64,000 nucleotides of DNA from Eledone cirrhosa (GCA_964016885.1 OZ024740.1:252526001-252590000), one strand, 5' to 3'. Numbered from the stretch's first letter, positions 42,134-54,741 are shown. The notes: generated from the letters alone by a model not told the origin. Program-made: numbers and translations.

Positions 42134-42658
42134 ACCCGCCTTACCTAAATACAAAGTAAAAACCTACTACAGTCAGTAGGCATCTCTATCAAAACACCCC
42201 CCCGTCCCACCACCTCCACCCCATCCACACCGCCCCTTTCAATGTAAAGTTATGTTGGTCCCACAACATCCAGGCCGAAACAAATGAGATCGTGTAGGTG
42301 TCACGACAAAAAAACACACAGTCCACGCTGTAAATGTGGCCGTGTAGGCAACACGGTAAAAACCTCCCAGCCCCACACTGTAAATGTGGTTGGTGTTAGG
42401 AAGGGCATCCAGCTGTAGAAAACCCGCTAGACAGTCCACGCTGTAATGTGGCCGTGTAGGCAACACGGTAAAAACCTCCCAGCCCCACACTGTAAATGTG
42501 GTTGGTGTTAGGAAGGGCATCCAACTGTAGAAAACCCGCCAGAGAGTCCTATGCGAGCAAGACAACCACTCTTGCCTCAAGTGGGAAAACCCCCGTCCAA
42601 ACCCATGCAAGCGTGGAACACGGACGCTAAACCTGATGATGATGATGATGATGATGAT
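42134..42658 (+). mobile_element. RTE 3' UTR insertion with ~113-bp internal duplication and (GAT)n tail
   Basis: Matches 18640-19046; unit repeated at ~42319 and ~42432. Confidence 0.9.
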
Positions 42659-42736
42659 GCTACTGTACATCTGTATACATATATGTATGTACGTATACAT
42701 ACATACTTACATTTATATATCTATCTATATATATGA

Positions 42737-42767
<31 letters not shown>

Positions 42768-42768
<1 letters not shown>

Positions 42769-43903
42769 GTAAAGAAAACAGAACCCAGATCCCCTCAGGG
42801 AAATGGCCTTGCTCAGTATGTAGGAAAGGTGTAGGTAGGAACTCCATTCTTTGCCCCAAATGCAAACAATGGGTACACAAGAGATGTAGCGGGATCTCAG
42901 GAAGCTTAATTAAGAATGTAGGATTCACATGCAGCAGCTGTGCTGAAACAGCAAGCAAACAGCCACAGGAAACAAGTACCACCAATCTCTGGGAGGGCCC
43001 TGTAGAAACAGTAGACAGCTTCTGCTACCTAGGTGACCGAATTAGCAACGGAGGTGGGTGCTCAGAAAGTACAATAACTAGGGTAAGAACGGGATGGAAG
43101 AAGTTTAGGGAACTACTACCACTGCTAGCTGCAAAAGGCTTCTCCCTCAGAATGAAAGGCAGACTGTATGATGCGTGTATCCGAACAGCGATGTTGCATG
43201 GTAGTGAGACCTGGGCGCTGAAGGTGGAAGACTTACGTAGATTAGAGAGAAACGAAGCCTGCATGCTCCGATGGATGTGTAACAGTAATATACGTGAACG
43301 ACAAAGCATAAATGAATTGAGAGAGAGACTGAGCATAAGAGGAATCAAATGCTGCGTGCAGGAGAGGCGGTTACGCTGGTATGGACATGTGATGCGTATG
43401 AAGGATGACAGCTGCATAAAAAGGTGCAGAGCACTAGAAGTTGATGGAAACCGCGGAGTGGGGAGACCCAAGATGACTTGGGATGAGGTGATAAAAGCCG
43501 ACCTTACCCAACTACACCTCTCAAAGTCAATGACACACGACCGTGACTTCTGGCGTCACGCAGTAATACAGGGTACCCGACCTCCCATGGGTACATGCTG
43601 AAGCATATAAACAATATGCCCCCCCCCCCCACCGCAAGGTGGTCGTGGAGGTGCCACGGCAAAAAAGCACCCAGCCCACACTGTAAAGTGGACGTGTAGG
43701 CGCCACGAAAAAGCACCCAGCACTCACTGTAAATGAGGTTGGTGTTAGGAAGGGCATCCAGCTGTAGAAATCAAGCCAGATCAGTTCCTGTATGAGCAAG
43801 GCATGGTCAGCCGACCAGACACTGCCCACAACAGGACAACCCGTCTAACCCATGCTAGCGTGGAAGAACGGACGTAAAACGGTGATGATGATGATGATGA
43901 TGA
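42768..43903 (+). mobile_element. RTE LINE 3' portion (PHD-like finger to tail)
   Basis: WPCSVC..CPKC..HKRC..CSSC; RLRWYGHVMR; (GAT)n. Confidence 0.92.
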
Positions 43904-43961
43904 TATATATATATGAATATATATATATATATATGAATATATATATATATATATATATATA

Positions 43962-43995
<34 letters not shown>

Positions 43996-44137
43996 AATAT
44001 ATATATATATACATGGCTTAGTTCGAATCTAGCTGTCGAAACAGCTGGAACTCAGCCGTCGGCGTCCCAACTCTTTTCCTATATTTGTATATCTATATAT
44101 AGAAAGCATGTATATTTAGAAAACAGTGAGTGGAATT

Positions 44138-44184
44138 TGAAAATTGAATTAGGTCTCACCGTAACTTTGACTAAATTTAATAGT

Positions 44185-44240
<56 letters not shown>

Positions 44241-44800
44241 ATGTTGAAAAGGTGACACGCCGGAGAGAGATGTACAGTGCGCTATCAGGAAAACAGGGAC
44301 GGGACCACCAGTGTGTGGAATCTGTAACCTGTGAAAGGCGGACTATGGACGCGATAATTGGGAATGTGGATTGGAGCATAAATGAATACCTTTGTAACTA
44401 TATAGTTATAAAGGTATTTATTTAAGCTTTAATTTGTATTTTTAATTGTCGTGTCTGTGGTCTGCCTTTCATAGGTTGTAGATTCCATGCACTGGTGTTT
44501 TTTTCACTGTGTGTCTCTCTCTGGTGTGTTGCCTTTTCAACATATTGTATTTTAAAGAGCTCAGGATTTCTTCTCCTTTGAGCACATTATTTACAGGGAA
44601 TAGCGAGGGCTTATGGCTCCGTCAATTTATCGTGATATATATATATATTTACACAGAGGTATCCACTGTAAGTTGGATATATATATATATATATATATAT
44701 ATACTTGCCCATCTTTTTTTGTTCTGTGGGTTTATATGTCCCATTATTATTAGACTGTTGAATTTAGTCAAAGTTACATTGAGACCTAATTCAATTTTCA
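44138..44800. repeat. 48-bp inverted repeat pair (44138-44185 and 44753-44800) enclosing hairpin 1
   Basis: tgaaaattgaattaggtctca..gtaactttgactaaatt and its reverse complement. Confidence 0.85.
44235..44549 (+). ncRNA. Long G.U-rich fold-back hairpin 1 (putative hairpin RNA or hyper-edited retrocopy)
   Basis: ~140 paired positions centred at ~44401; 29 G.T wobbles, 0 A.C, 1 transversion, one internal loop. Confidence 0.7.
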
Positions 44801-44813
44801 TATATATATATAT

Positions 44814-45137
44814 AAACAAGAAGTGTAAGTCAACAGGTTGAAGTTACCTTTGTTTATTCGTGGCCGCTGCTATGTGTATTTCAGTGATAAGCCATTGTTC
44901 AACTGCTATGGCCTCATCAGGCGGTGGGAACTTTAAGAGAAGAAACAGGAAAACATAATGTTGTAAGATTTTACCTTGTTAATCTATAACAACATTGTTT
45001 TCCTGTTTTTTTCTGTTCAAGTTCTTGCCGCCTGATGGGGCCATGGCAGTTGAGTAGTGACATATCACTTAAATGTATATGGCAGCGGCTGTGAATAAAC
45101 AAGGCTAATTTTGACCTGTTGACTTACACTTCTTATT
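44814..45137 (+). ncRNA. Long G.U-rich fold-back hairpin 2 built from an HHR-like PLE pLTR
   Basis: 116-nt aligned core: 19 G.T, 1 A.C, 3 transversions; CTGATGA..GAAA on the minus strand of the left arm, CTGATGG in the right arm; AATAAA. Confidence 0.7.
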
Positions 45138-45236
45138 TTTACATTATTCCGGAGTAAACAGACCCACCTGTGCACTTCGTTGAGTGTTCTAACCTGCATA
45201 CTGAAGTGTCGGTAAACAACCAACACATACTCAAAG

Positions 45237-45288
<52 letters not shown>

Positions 45289-45367
45289 ATAGGTATATAT
45301 ATGTATAGGTATATATATGTATATATATGTATATATATATGTATATGTATTTATATATATATATATG

Positions 45368-45405
<38 letters not shown>

Positions 45406-45453
45406 TGTATATATATATATGTATATGTGTGTGTATATATGTATATGTATATG

Positions 45454-45493
<40 letters not shown>

Positions 45494-45599
45494 TTTAGGT
45501 TATCAATAATGTAGTGATAATATATCGTTACGTTAGAGATGAACAGCGTACGTGCAGGTTTGCTCAACGAGTATAAATTATATTCCGGAGAAATGTAGA

Positions 45600-47286
45600 A
45601 AGGATGAATATAAAATGAAAGTGCTTTTGTTAAAAAAGGAATTTATTAGGTATTGACATATGTTTCTGTAACAGACCGAATACCTATGTATCGCTGCTTG
45701 CGTAATCATATAATGTTAGCAAGTATTCGATAGCAAATGTATAATCAGTTGTCACTTCTTCAGAGATTTTGGATAAACTGGATAAAATCAGAAAAATTGA
45801 AGTATTTATATTAGTAAAAGAGGAAGGAACAGAGGGGATAGAATATGACAGATGGTAAAATAATTTACTGCTAAACAAGTATATAATGGGTTTTTAATGA
45901 GAATACCATGAGTAAATCTAAATAAGAATTTTGGGAGTGCCAATTTTAATCTCTACCTGACCAACTGGACAGTGGACAGGGCTGGTCATTTGGTGCAGTA
46001 GTATTAATTATAAAGTGTCAATTGGGGAAGGGGGAGATTTCGATTGCTACTAAATAACATCAATGCTAGTAGCCAGCTGGTATATGCATTAGGGAATTGA
46101 ATCAAGAAATCAGAAATCTCATTTTATCTATAGCAGTTTGTATTAAAAGGTAAATAATAGAAGAGTTGATAGAATTAAGACTAATAAAGAATGTTCATAT
46201 CTATTTTGACAATCAAACGGGGATAGAGACAGGCGTTCAATCCTGGTAGTATTTATAATATGAAAATGTAGATTTTAAGCGATGGTTACAGTATAACGAT
46301 CGCTCTATTCTGTTATTTAATAAAATGTTTTTGGATTTCATAATACAAAATAATTCTACATTACATAATTTACAAAATTCCTGTCCATTGGTATACGGGG
46401 GGGCAGCCGCTATTATATCCCATTTTAGGTGAAATTGTTGGTTATTTTCACGCAGCTGCCAAACCTTGTCTGCGAGTCTTGTTACATAACGCTGGTTTTC
46501 ATGTTTTATCGAATAACGATGTCTATAAAGGCGTGATTTGAAGGAGGTGGCTGTAGATCCCACATAGTACCACTTCTGTCTATCCGATTCGATAGTACAT
46601 TTGTATACGATGTTACGTTCAAGACACTGATTGTTCAACGGACACATTCCTGGTTGGACACAGTTGCAATTATAATTTTGCGTTGTTGTATTGCCATGGA
46701 TGGGTTGATGAGGTTGCTTATGTAGGACAGGATGTTGTTTGTTGTTTTGTGATGTTATAGCTAATGTTTTACGTGTATTGTTATGTGTTGGAAGGCGTTT
46801 ATACAACCGTTTTGCGTTAAGCTTTTTTATATGTTGTTCAATATTAGGGGCGGTTGAATATGAAAGTCGAATAGTGTTAGGGTTTAAGATTTTATTATAT
46901 TTATGTGATGTTGGAAAGTGTTTTCTAACTAATCGAAAGAATTTTGAGGGTAGATTGGTTTTAATAGATTTGTTATAGACCGGGTTGTACCAGATATACT
47001 CCCTACATCGCCTTCTGTTTGGTGGTGTGCGACTATTATTGTGTCTATTGCGGTAGTGTATGTATGGTGGTGATTCTGTGCTATTTCTACTCCTATGTGA
47101 TTTATTTTGGGTGTTTTGGTGATCTTTGACTATATACTCTATATTATCTAGGTGACCGGCTTTCCTAAGTGCATCATCATAATACTCGGCATGTTCTTTG
47201 AAGGTTTGTTGGTTGGACGATAGGCGGGAGATTCTAAGAGAAACGTTTCTAGGGATGGATTTAATTATAGAGAGTGGATGGTTAGG
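45600..47286 (-). mobile_element. Naiad-type PLE, 5'-truncated (GIY-YIG plus tail)
   Basis: NHP, IWYNPVY, CNCVQPGMCPLNNQC, IVYKC..YVGST, CKLCNVE, CNHR. Confidence 0.9.
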
Positions 47287-47758
47287 CATCTCTAACAAAA
47301 CACACCCACGTCCCACCACCCCCACCCCATCCACACCGCCCCTTTCAATGTAAAGTTATGTTGGTGCCACAACATCCAGGCCGAAACAAATGAGATCGTG
47401 TAGGTGTCACGACAAAAAACACACAGTCCACGCTGTAATGTGGCCGTGTAGGCAACACGGTTAAAACCTCCCAGTCCCACACTGTAAATGTGGTTGGTGT
47501 TAGGAAGGGCATCCAGCTGTAGAAAACCCGCCAGACAGTCCACGCTGTAATGTGGCCAAGTAGGCAACACGGTAAAAACCTCCCAGCCCCACACTGTAAA
47601 TGTGGTTGGTGTTAGGAAGGGCATCCAGCTGTAGAAAACCAGCCAGACAGTCCTATGCGAGCAAGACAATCACTCTTGCCTCAAGTAGGAAAACCCCCGT
47701 CCAAACCCATGCAAGCGTGGAACACGGACGTTAAACGTTGATGATGATGATGATGATG
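47284..47758 (+). mobile_element. RTE 3' UTR with duplicated unit and (GAT)n tail
   Basis: Matches 42178-42658. Confidence 0.9.
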
Positions 47759-47788
47759 TATATATATATATGTATATATATATATATG

Positions 47789-47840
<52 letters not shown>

Positions 47841-47852
47841 TGTATATATATG

Positions 47853-47904
<52 letters not shown>

Positions 47905-47905
47905 C

Positions 47906-47962
<57 letters not shown>

Positions 47963-48012
47963 CATATGTATATATATATATAAACATATGTTTATATATA
48001 TATACATATGTT

Positions 48013-48047
<35 letters not shown>

Positions 48048-48365
48048 TTATGAAAATAAAACAAAGAACCCTTCAATACATCAAAAGTCTTTATTAGCCA
48101 ACAATGTTTCGTCCTATTAAGGACTCATCAGGGCAATCAAAACTACAAGAAGCACTATCGGCCAATACAAGCCTAAAACTCCGAAGAATATGGAGTGTAC
48201 ATACACTAAAGTATTGGAAGATTATCTTCCAATACTTTAGGCTTGTATTGGCCGATAGTGCTTCTTGTGGTTTTGATTGCCCTGATGAGTCCTTAATAGG
48301 ACGAAACATTGTTGGCTAATAAAGACTTTTGATGTATTGAAGGCTTCTTTGTTTTATTTTCATAA
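48048..48365. mobile_element. Palindromic solo pLTR with two divergent canonical hammerheads (+ core at 48282-48306)
   Basis: Arms 48048-48177 and 48236-48365 differ at 2 positions; ATTGCC CTGATGA GTCC-TTAATA-GGAC GAAA CATTG TT GGCTAATAAA. Confidence 0.85.
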
Positions 48366-48505
48366 TATTTTCATAATTCTTCGGCTCTGTTTAATTACAT
48401 TGAGCTATACCTTTTACTGTCATTTCTATAATACGAAGAGGGTGTTTAACTCCAACACGCTCCAGTATTTTAATCCTTACATATATATATATATGAATAT
48501 ATATG

Positions 48506-48593
<88 letters not shown>

Positions 48594-48614
48594 TATATAT
48601 GTATATATATATAC

Positions 48615-51082
48615 ATGGAAAGTTATATTTAAATTGTTGGGTTAACAACGAGTAAATATTTATAACTGATATAAAAGCACTCAACAAGTATTTGGAGTAT
48701 ATTTATGATATTAAATAAATGGAAACTATATTTATAAAACCATATTTATTTCGTTATATATATTTCAGGGATATCATATTAACAATATGTTATGCCATCT
48801 TCAGACAAAATACAATATAAACAGTCTTATAAATAAATAGATACGACATACCTTTCAATCACCTTGCATTTGGGAGGTTGATTTGGTAGTAAAAAATGTG
48901 GACAGTTGTAAAAAGAAAGAGATAAAGAGAGAAAGAAAGAGAAACGAAGAAAAAGAAGAAATGCATGTGACTAAATAGAGGGATATAGAAAGATAGATAA
49001 AGAGAAGAACTTCATGTAAAGAAACAGAGAGAAATATATATAGAGAGAGGAAAAAAGAAAGAGATAGAGAAATTAGGAAGTTGAGTATCGGTTGATACAT
49101 TTATTTATTTATTTATTTATTTATTTAGCTCTAGTATTAATGTAAAGAGAGATGTATGTAGTTAAGAGAGAAAATAGCCGTTATATAGAGAGAAAAAAGA
49201 GAGAATGAAAAAGAGAAAATGAAACACAACCAGACATAAACGATGCAGAATTTAAAACCGCTATGTTTTATCCGTAGAAAATATTAGTTCTTATAAAACA
49301 GGCATTATAATTTAAGTACCAGTATTCATGAATGAGACATGTATCTATAATGTGTGAAAAGTAATGATCTTATGTCTAGTTTTTAAAAATTCATATGTTT
49401 ATATCATAATTATAAACAAACTCCCAATTCACACGAAAACATTCTCATTGTGCTATAAAAATTCAAGTATACATATATGTGTGTATATATACACATATAT
49501 ATATAGAGTCTATATTAATTTTAACAATACTATTCTTGTCTTTATTCAACCTGATTGTCGATCAAGCAGAAATAGAAAACAGATTTCAATATATTAATAA
49601 AAATAAAAATAAAAATATCAGAGACAAGAAAATAAATAAATAAATAAATAAACAGAAAACTAAAACATTTAATATTAAAAATAAAAAATATTACAAAATA
49701 TTAAAAAATTAATACAAATAAAACACAGAGATCAGCCTTTCAAAGTTAATTGACAATATATTGCCAAGATCATCATAAGCATCAGAGTCGAAACAGATAA
49801 AACAAAAATTGTTTACCAAATCCTGTCTAGCAGAAATCATTCCAAAAGTTTAGGATACCCATTTGGTCTACATATGTTCTTATATATAATATAATATAGA
49901 AGTTTATCTAGTTTAAAATTTAATTCGATATATTTGGGGCATCAGCTTTTAGGGTTGTTTAATTATTCATGAAGAATGTTTTAATAAAAAGAATGTTTTA
50001 ATAAAAAGAAGAAATCGAAAGATTTATCGGCTAGTTTCATAACTAATTACAAATCAAATCAAAACAAACATAATTACATTGTAAATTTAAATTTATATTT
50101 AAACGTTGAGTTCAATCTATGTCTGCAGCAACTGAATAAATTTGTCCGTAGATTAAGGGAATTTTTAGATTTTAGTATAAAGAATATCTCCTCCGCACAG
50201 AGGTCACATGTCTCAGAGGATGAATTAAAAGGAATCCCCCTTGAAACTATATTCCAAGTCGTCGAATATCTAACGTTATCATGCCTAAGTCGCCAGAGTA
50301 CGCCTGATAGTGCTGTTGAAGATTTTTTGGATGGATCTGTGAAAGAATTCTTGTGGTTGTTATAGCGAAGTTTAAATTCCGTCGATGTAGAACCAACGTA
50401 GTTAAAAGAATTAACGTCCGTTTTAACATTACAGTTGTATATTATATTTTTAACTAAGCAGTTGTTATTTAACGGACATTTAGATCTATCTCTACAGTTA
50501 CATTTGTTAACTTGGATATTATTTATGCTATTATCGCTAGGTTTTAAGTTCCTGTTATTTATTCTATTAATATTTTACGCTAAATTTTTGGTGGATGAGT
50601 AGGTTAGTTTTATAGTATGTCTATTGAAAATTGAGTGATACCTATGTGTTCTAGGGAAGCGATTATCGAGAGCTTTAAAAAATAGTTTAGCAATGTGGGT
50701 TTTAATGTTTAGTGAGAAAGGGGGGGCAAACCATATTATATTCCTAGTTCTATTTCTTTTATGGCTTTTGGAATTATTGTAATGCTTTCTATTATAGTTG
50801 TTAAGGTTGTAGCCATAATTAAAATAGTTGTTATTTTGTTTAATTTGTTTATCATTATCTATGTACATAATTTTATCACTATATCCTGCTCTAGCTAACG
50901 CTTCATTGTAATAATGGGCTTTTTCGTCGAAAATCTTTTTATTAGATGAGATTCTAGAGATACGTGATTGAACAGAGTTTACTATAGTATTTTTAACAGA
51001 TTTGGGGTGGGTTTTTTCTCTATATATAACGGCTATTTTCTCTCTTAACTACATACATCTCTCTTTACATTAATACTAGAGC

Positions 51083-51113
<31 letters not shown>

Positions 51114-51499
51114 ATGTATCAACCGATACTCAACTTCCTAATTTCTCTATCTATCTCTTTTTTTTTTCCTCTCTCTATATATATTTCTCTCTGTTTCTTT
51201 ACATGAAGTTCTTCTCTTTATCTATCCTTCTATATCCCTCTATTTAGTCACATGCATTTCTTCTTTTTCTTCGTTTCTCTTTCTTTCTCTCTTTATCTCT
51301 TTCTTTTTACAACTGTCCACATTTTTTACTACCAAATCAACCTCCCAAATGCAAGGTGATTGAAAGGTATGTCGTATCTATTTATTTATAAGACTGTTTA
51401 TATTGTATTTTGTCTGAAGATGGCATAACATATTGTTAATATGATATCCCTGAAATATATATAACGAAATAAATATGGTTTTATAAATATAGTTTCCAT
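48615..51499 (-). mobile_element. Naiad-type PLE, 5'-truncated (48615-51011), with inverted pLTR (51012-51499)
   Basis: [14 protein letters not shown] as at 57016; 51012-51499 is the reverse complement of ~48719-49198. Confidence 0.9.
51408..51469 (+). ncRNA. Hammerhead with moderately extended stem II (copies at 48749-48810 and 61379-61440, minus)
   Basis: TTTTGT CTGAAGA TGG..CATATT-GTT-AATATG..CCCT GAAA TATATA TA ACGAAA, overlapping AATAAA. Confidence 0.75.
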
Positions 51500-51659
51500 G
51501 TATATATATATATATATATAGTAGAATAATCGAGTATCGGAAAATCAGCTCACGAGTTTACGATAAACAAATCCGACATGATATATATATATATATATAT
51601 AAATATATATGTATATATATATATATATATGAATATATATGTATATATATATATTCATA

Positions 51660-51713
<54 letters not shown>

Positions 51714-51799
51714 TATATATGTGTATATATATATATATAAATATATATGTATATATATATATATATATATGAATATATATGTATATATATATATTCATG

Positions 51800-51837
<38 letters not shown>

Positions 51838-51839
51838 TA

Positions 51840-51887
<48 letters not shown>

Positions 51888-52019
51888 TATATATGTATAT
51901 ATATATATATATATGAATATATATGTATATATATATATATATTACCCCCCACTCTCCTGAGCGTGAATCTAATAAACATTTGTCGTACTGCCTCTCTGTT
52001 CTGTCCCTGTTCAATTTTT

Positions 52020-52054
<35 letters not shown>

Positions 52055-52090
52055 TATATATGTATATATATATATTCATATATATGTATG

Positions 52091-52148
<58 letters not shown>

Positions 52149-52240
52149 TATATATGTATATATATATATGAATATATATGTATATATATATATTCATATA
52201 TATGTATATATATATGTTCATATATATATGAATATATATG

Positions 52241-52276
<36 letters not shown>

Positions 52277-52300
52277 TATGAATGTATATGTATATATATA

Positions 52301-52360
<60 letters not shown>

Positions 52361-52367
52361 TATATAT

Positions 52368-53880
52368 AACCTTCTATCCCAGTCTGTTGTCCCAGTTTTC
52401 AAAAAGGGAAACAAATCCCTTGCCGTGAATTACCGTCCAATCTCACTCACCTCTCATATCATTAAGGTATTTGAGAGAGTGGTGAGATCGCGAATGACCC
52501 ACTTCCTTGAGAGTAACAATATGCTGAACTCCAACCAGCATGGATTCCGTAATGGAAGGGATTGCCTGACGCAGCTACTGCATCACTTTGATGACATTTT
52601 GAGAGCCTTGGGAGAGGGTTCCAACACTGATGTTATCTACCTTGATTTCAGCAAGGCCTTTGACAGGGTTGATCATAACATTCTACTGAGAAAGCTGTCC
52701 AATATTGGTGTCACTGGAAAGCTGCTGCAGTGGATCAAGAGCTTCCTGTCAAACAGAACCCAACATGTTGTAGTTGAGGGAGTCAAATCCAGCCCAGCCA
52801 AAGTCAGTAGTGGGGTCCCACAGGGCACTGTATTGGGTCCCACTTCTCTTCATCATCTATATTAATGACATCACTGACATCATCAAACACAGCAACATTA
52901 AAATTTTCGCTGATGATTCCAAGCTCCAAAAGGTCATCAATGGCGTGGATGACCGGATAAGCCTTCAGTCAGACCTACTGGCTGTTACCCAATGGGCGGA
53001 AAAGAACATGTTACTGAACGAAGACAAATTCGAACTGATCCACTTTGGAAAAGAGGATGCTCTGAAACTCCCGTACTCCCTTCCCTCCGGGGAAACTCTC
53101 GTGGCATCTAACAACATCAGAGACTTGGGAGTAACCGTGGACAGCCACATAAGCTGGACCACGCATATAAGCAGCAAAGTTGACATGGCCCGCAGAATGT
53201 GTTCCTGGATCCTCAGAACCTTCCGGTCGAGAGATTCCCGCACCATTATCCTTCTCTTCTCTACTTTTGCCCGACCACACCTTGAATACTGTTGTCCACT
53301 GTGGTCTCCCCACACGAAACAAAGTATCATGAAACTTGAAGTTCCTCAAAGGGCAATCACGAAAAAGATAGATGGTATGTCAGACCTTGACTACTGGGGT
53401 CGATTAGAAAACCTGAAACTTTACTCACTCCAACGTCGCCGTGAGCGTTATATTATCTGCATGATGTGGAAAATGTTCCATCATCAATGCCCAAATGATG
53501 TTGGCATCGCCTTCAAGATACACCCAAGGCTTGGGCCCCGTGCTATCCGTCCCATTCAAAAATCTAAATCGCAACTCATAACAACAATACGGCACAATTA
53601 TTTCACCTCAATCGGCCCTGCTCTCTTCAACATCACACCAGGACACGTCAAAACAGAAACTGACCACACAAAATTCAAGAAGTCTTTGGACAAATTCCTC
53701 CAAGTAATCCCGGACAAACCACCCACACCCGGATATGTCTCCGCAAACAGTAATTCTCTTCTCGAATGGGCCATGGTGCCCAAATCCTGAATTGAAAGAC
53801 TTCGCCAGGTGGTGCTATTAAGTTAGACATGGCCTGGGCCAATACTGGCCAAAACATTTCAAAGTTATTCAAAGTTATAT
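52368..53880 (+). mobile_element. CR1-group LINE, 5'-truncated RT, one frameshift, (TTCAAAGTTA)2 tail
   Basis: [46 protein letters not shown]. Confidence 0.9.
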
Positions 53881-53901
53881 ATATATATATATATATATAT
53901 A

Positions 53902-53937
<36 letters not shown>

Positions 53938-53954
53938 TATATATGTATATATAT

Positions 53955-53985
<31 letters not shown>

Positions 53986-54695
53986 GTAATAATAACTTCT
54001 TGTTTTAGTTGACTTACGTCTCCGAACCTTCATGTATTTATTTGTAGGTATGTGTGTGCGCTTGTTATATACGTATTTATTTACTTATATACGTTTATAT
54101 AATTATTTATTTATTTGTACACAAGCATACACACATACACATATTTATATGTGCGTGGTTTTGTATACCTATGGTAAGGTTATACGTATGCTTGTGTATG
54201 TACGTATCTGTTTGCGTGTATGTATTTATTTGTTTTGCTCTTAACTCTGTAGCGGAGATTCATTCGGTCTCCTAGTTAGAATTTTAGTCTACGACTTCTG
54301 CTATACCATTTACGTGGTTTTGTCTTTGCACGCTATTGTTCTCCACGCTCCACATATGACTTATTATCTTTGTTTTTTCGTTCATTGCCAGAGAACGTCT
54401 CTATGCACCACTTAGAGAACATTAGTCTACGACCTCTTTTATACCATAAACGTGGTTCTGTCCTTGCACGTAATTGTTTTTCACCGCTCCTATTAATGAC
54501 GTATTATTCGTTTTTTCCCTTTCTTTGCCAGCAAACGTCACCATGAACCAAAGTATCGTCTTCCTGTCTTCCTCCGGTTGCAACGTTTTTTCAAATATCC
54601 AGTTCTGCATTTACAGATTGACTTTGTTAGTTTCAGAAGATCCCGTTAAGGGTGAAAGCAGCGATTCTTTGCTTAAACTTTAATCTGTTATTTTA

Positions 54696-54700
<5 letters not shown>
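53986..54700 (+). mobile_element. Probable PLE 3' tail with ~138-bp imperfect tandem and U4A hammerhead (54629-54679)
   Basis: AGTTT CAGAAGA TCCC-GTTAA-GGGT GAAA GCA-N9-TGC TT AAACT then AATAAA; repeat at ~54283 and ~54422. Confidence 0.55.
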
Positions 54701-54739
<39 letters not shown>

Positions 54740-54741
<2 letters not shown>

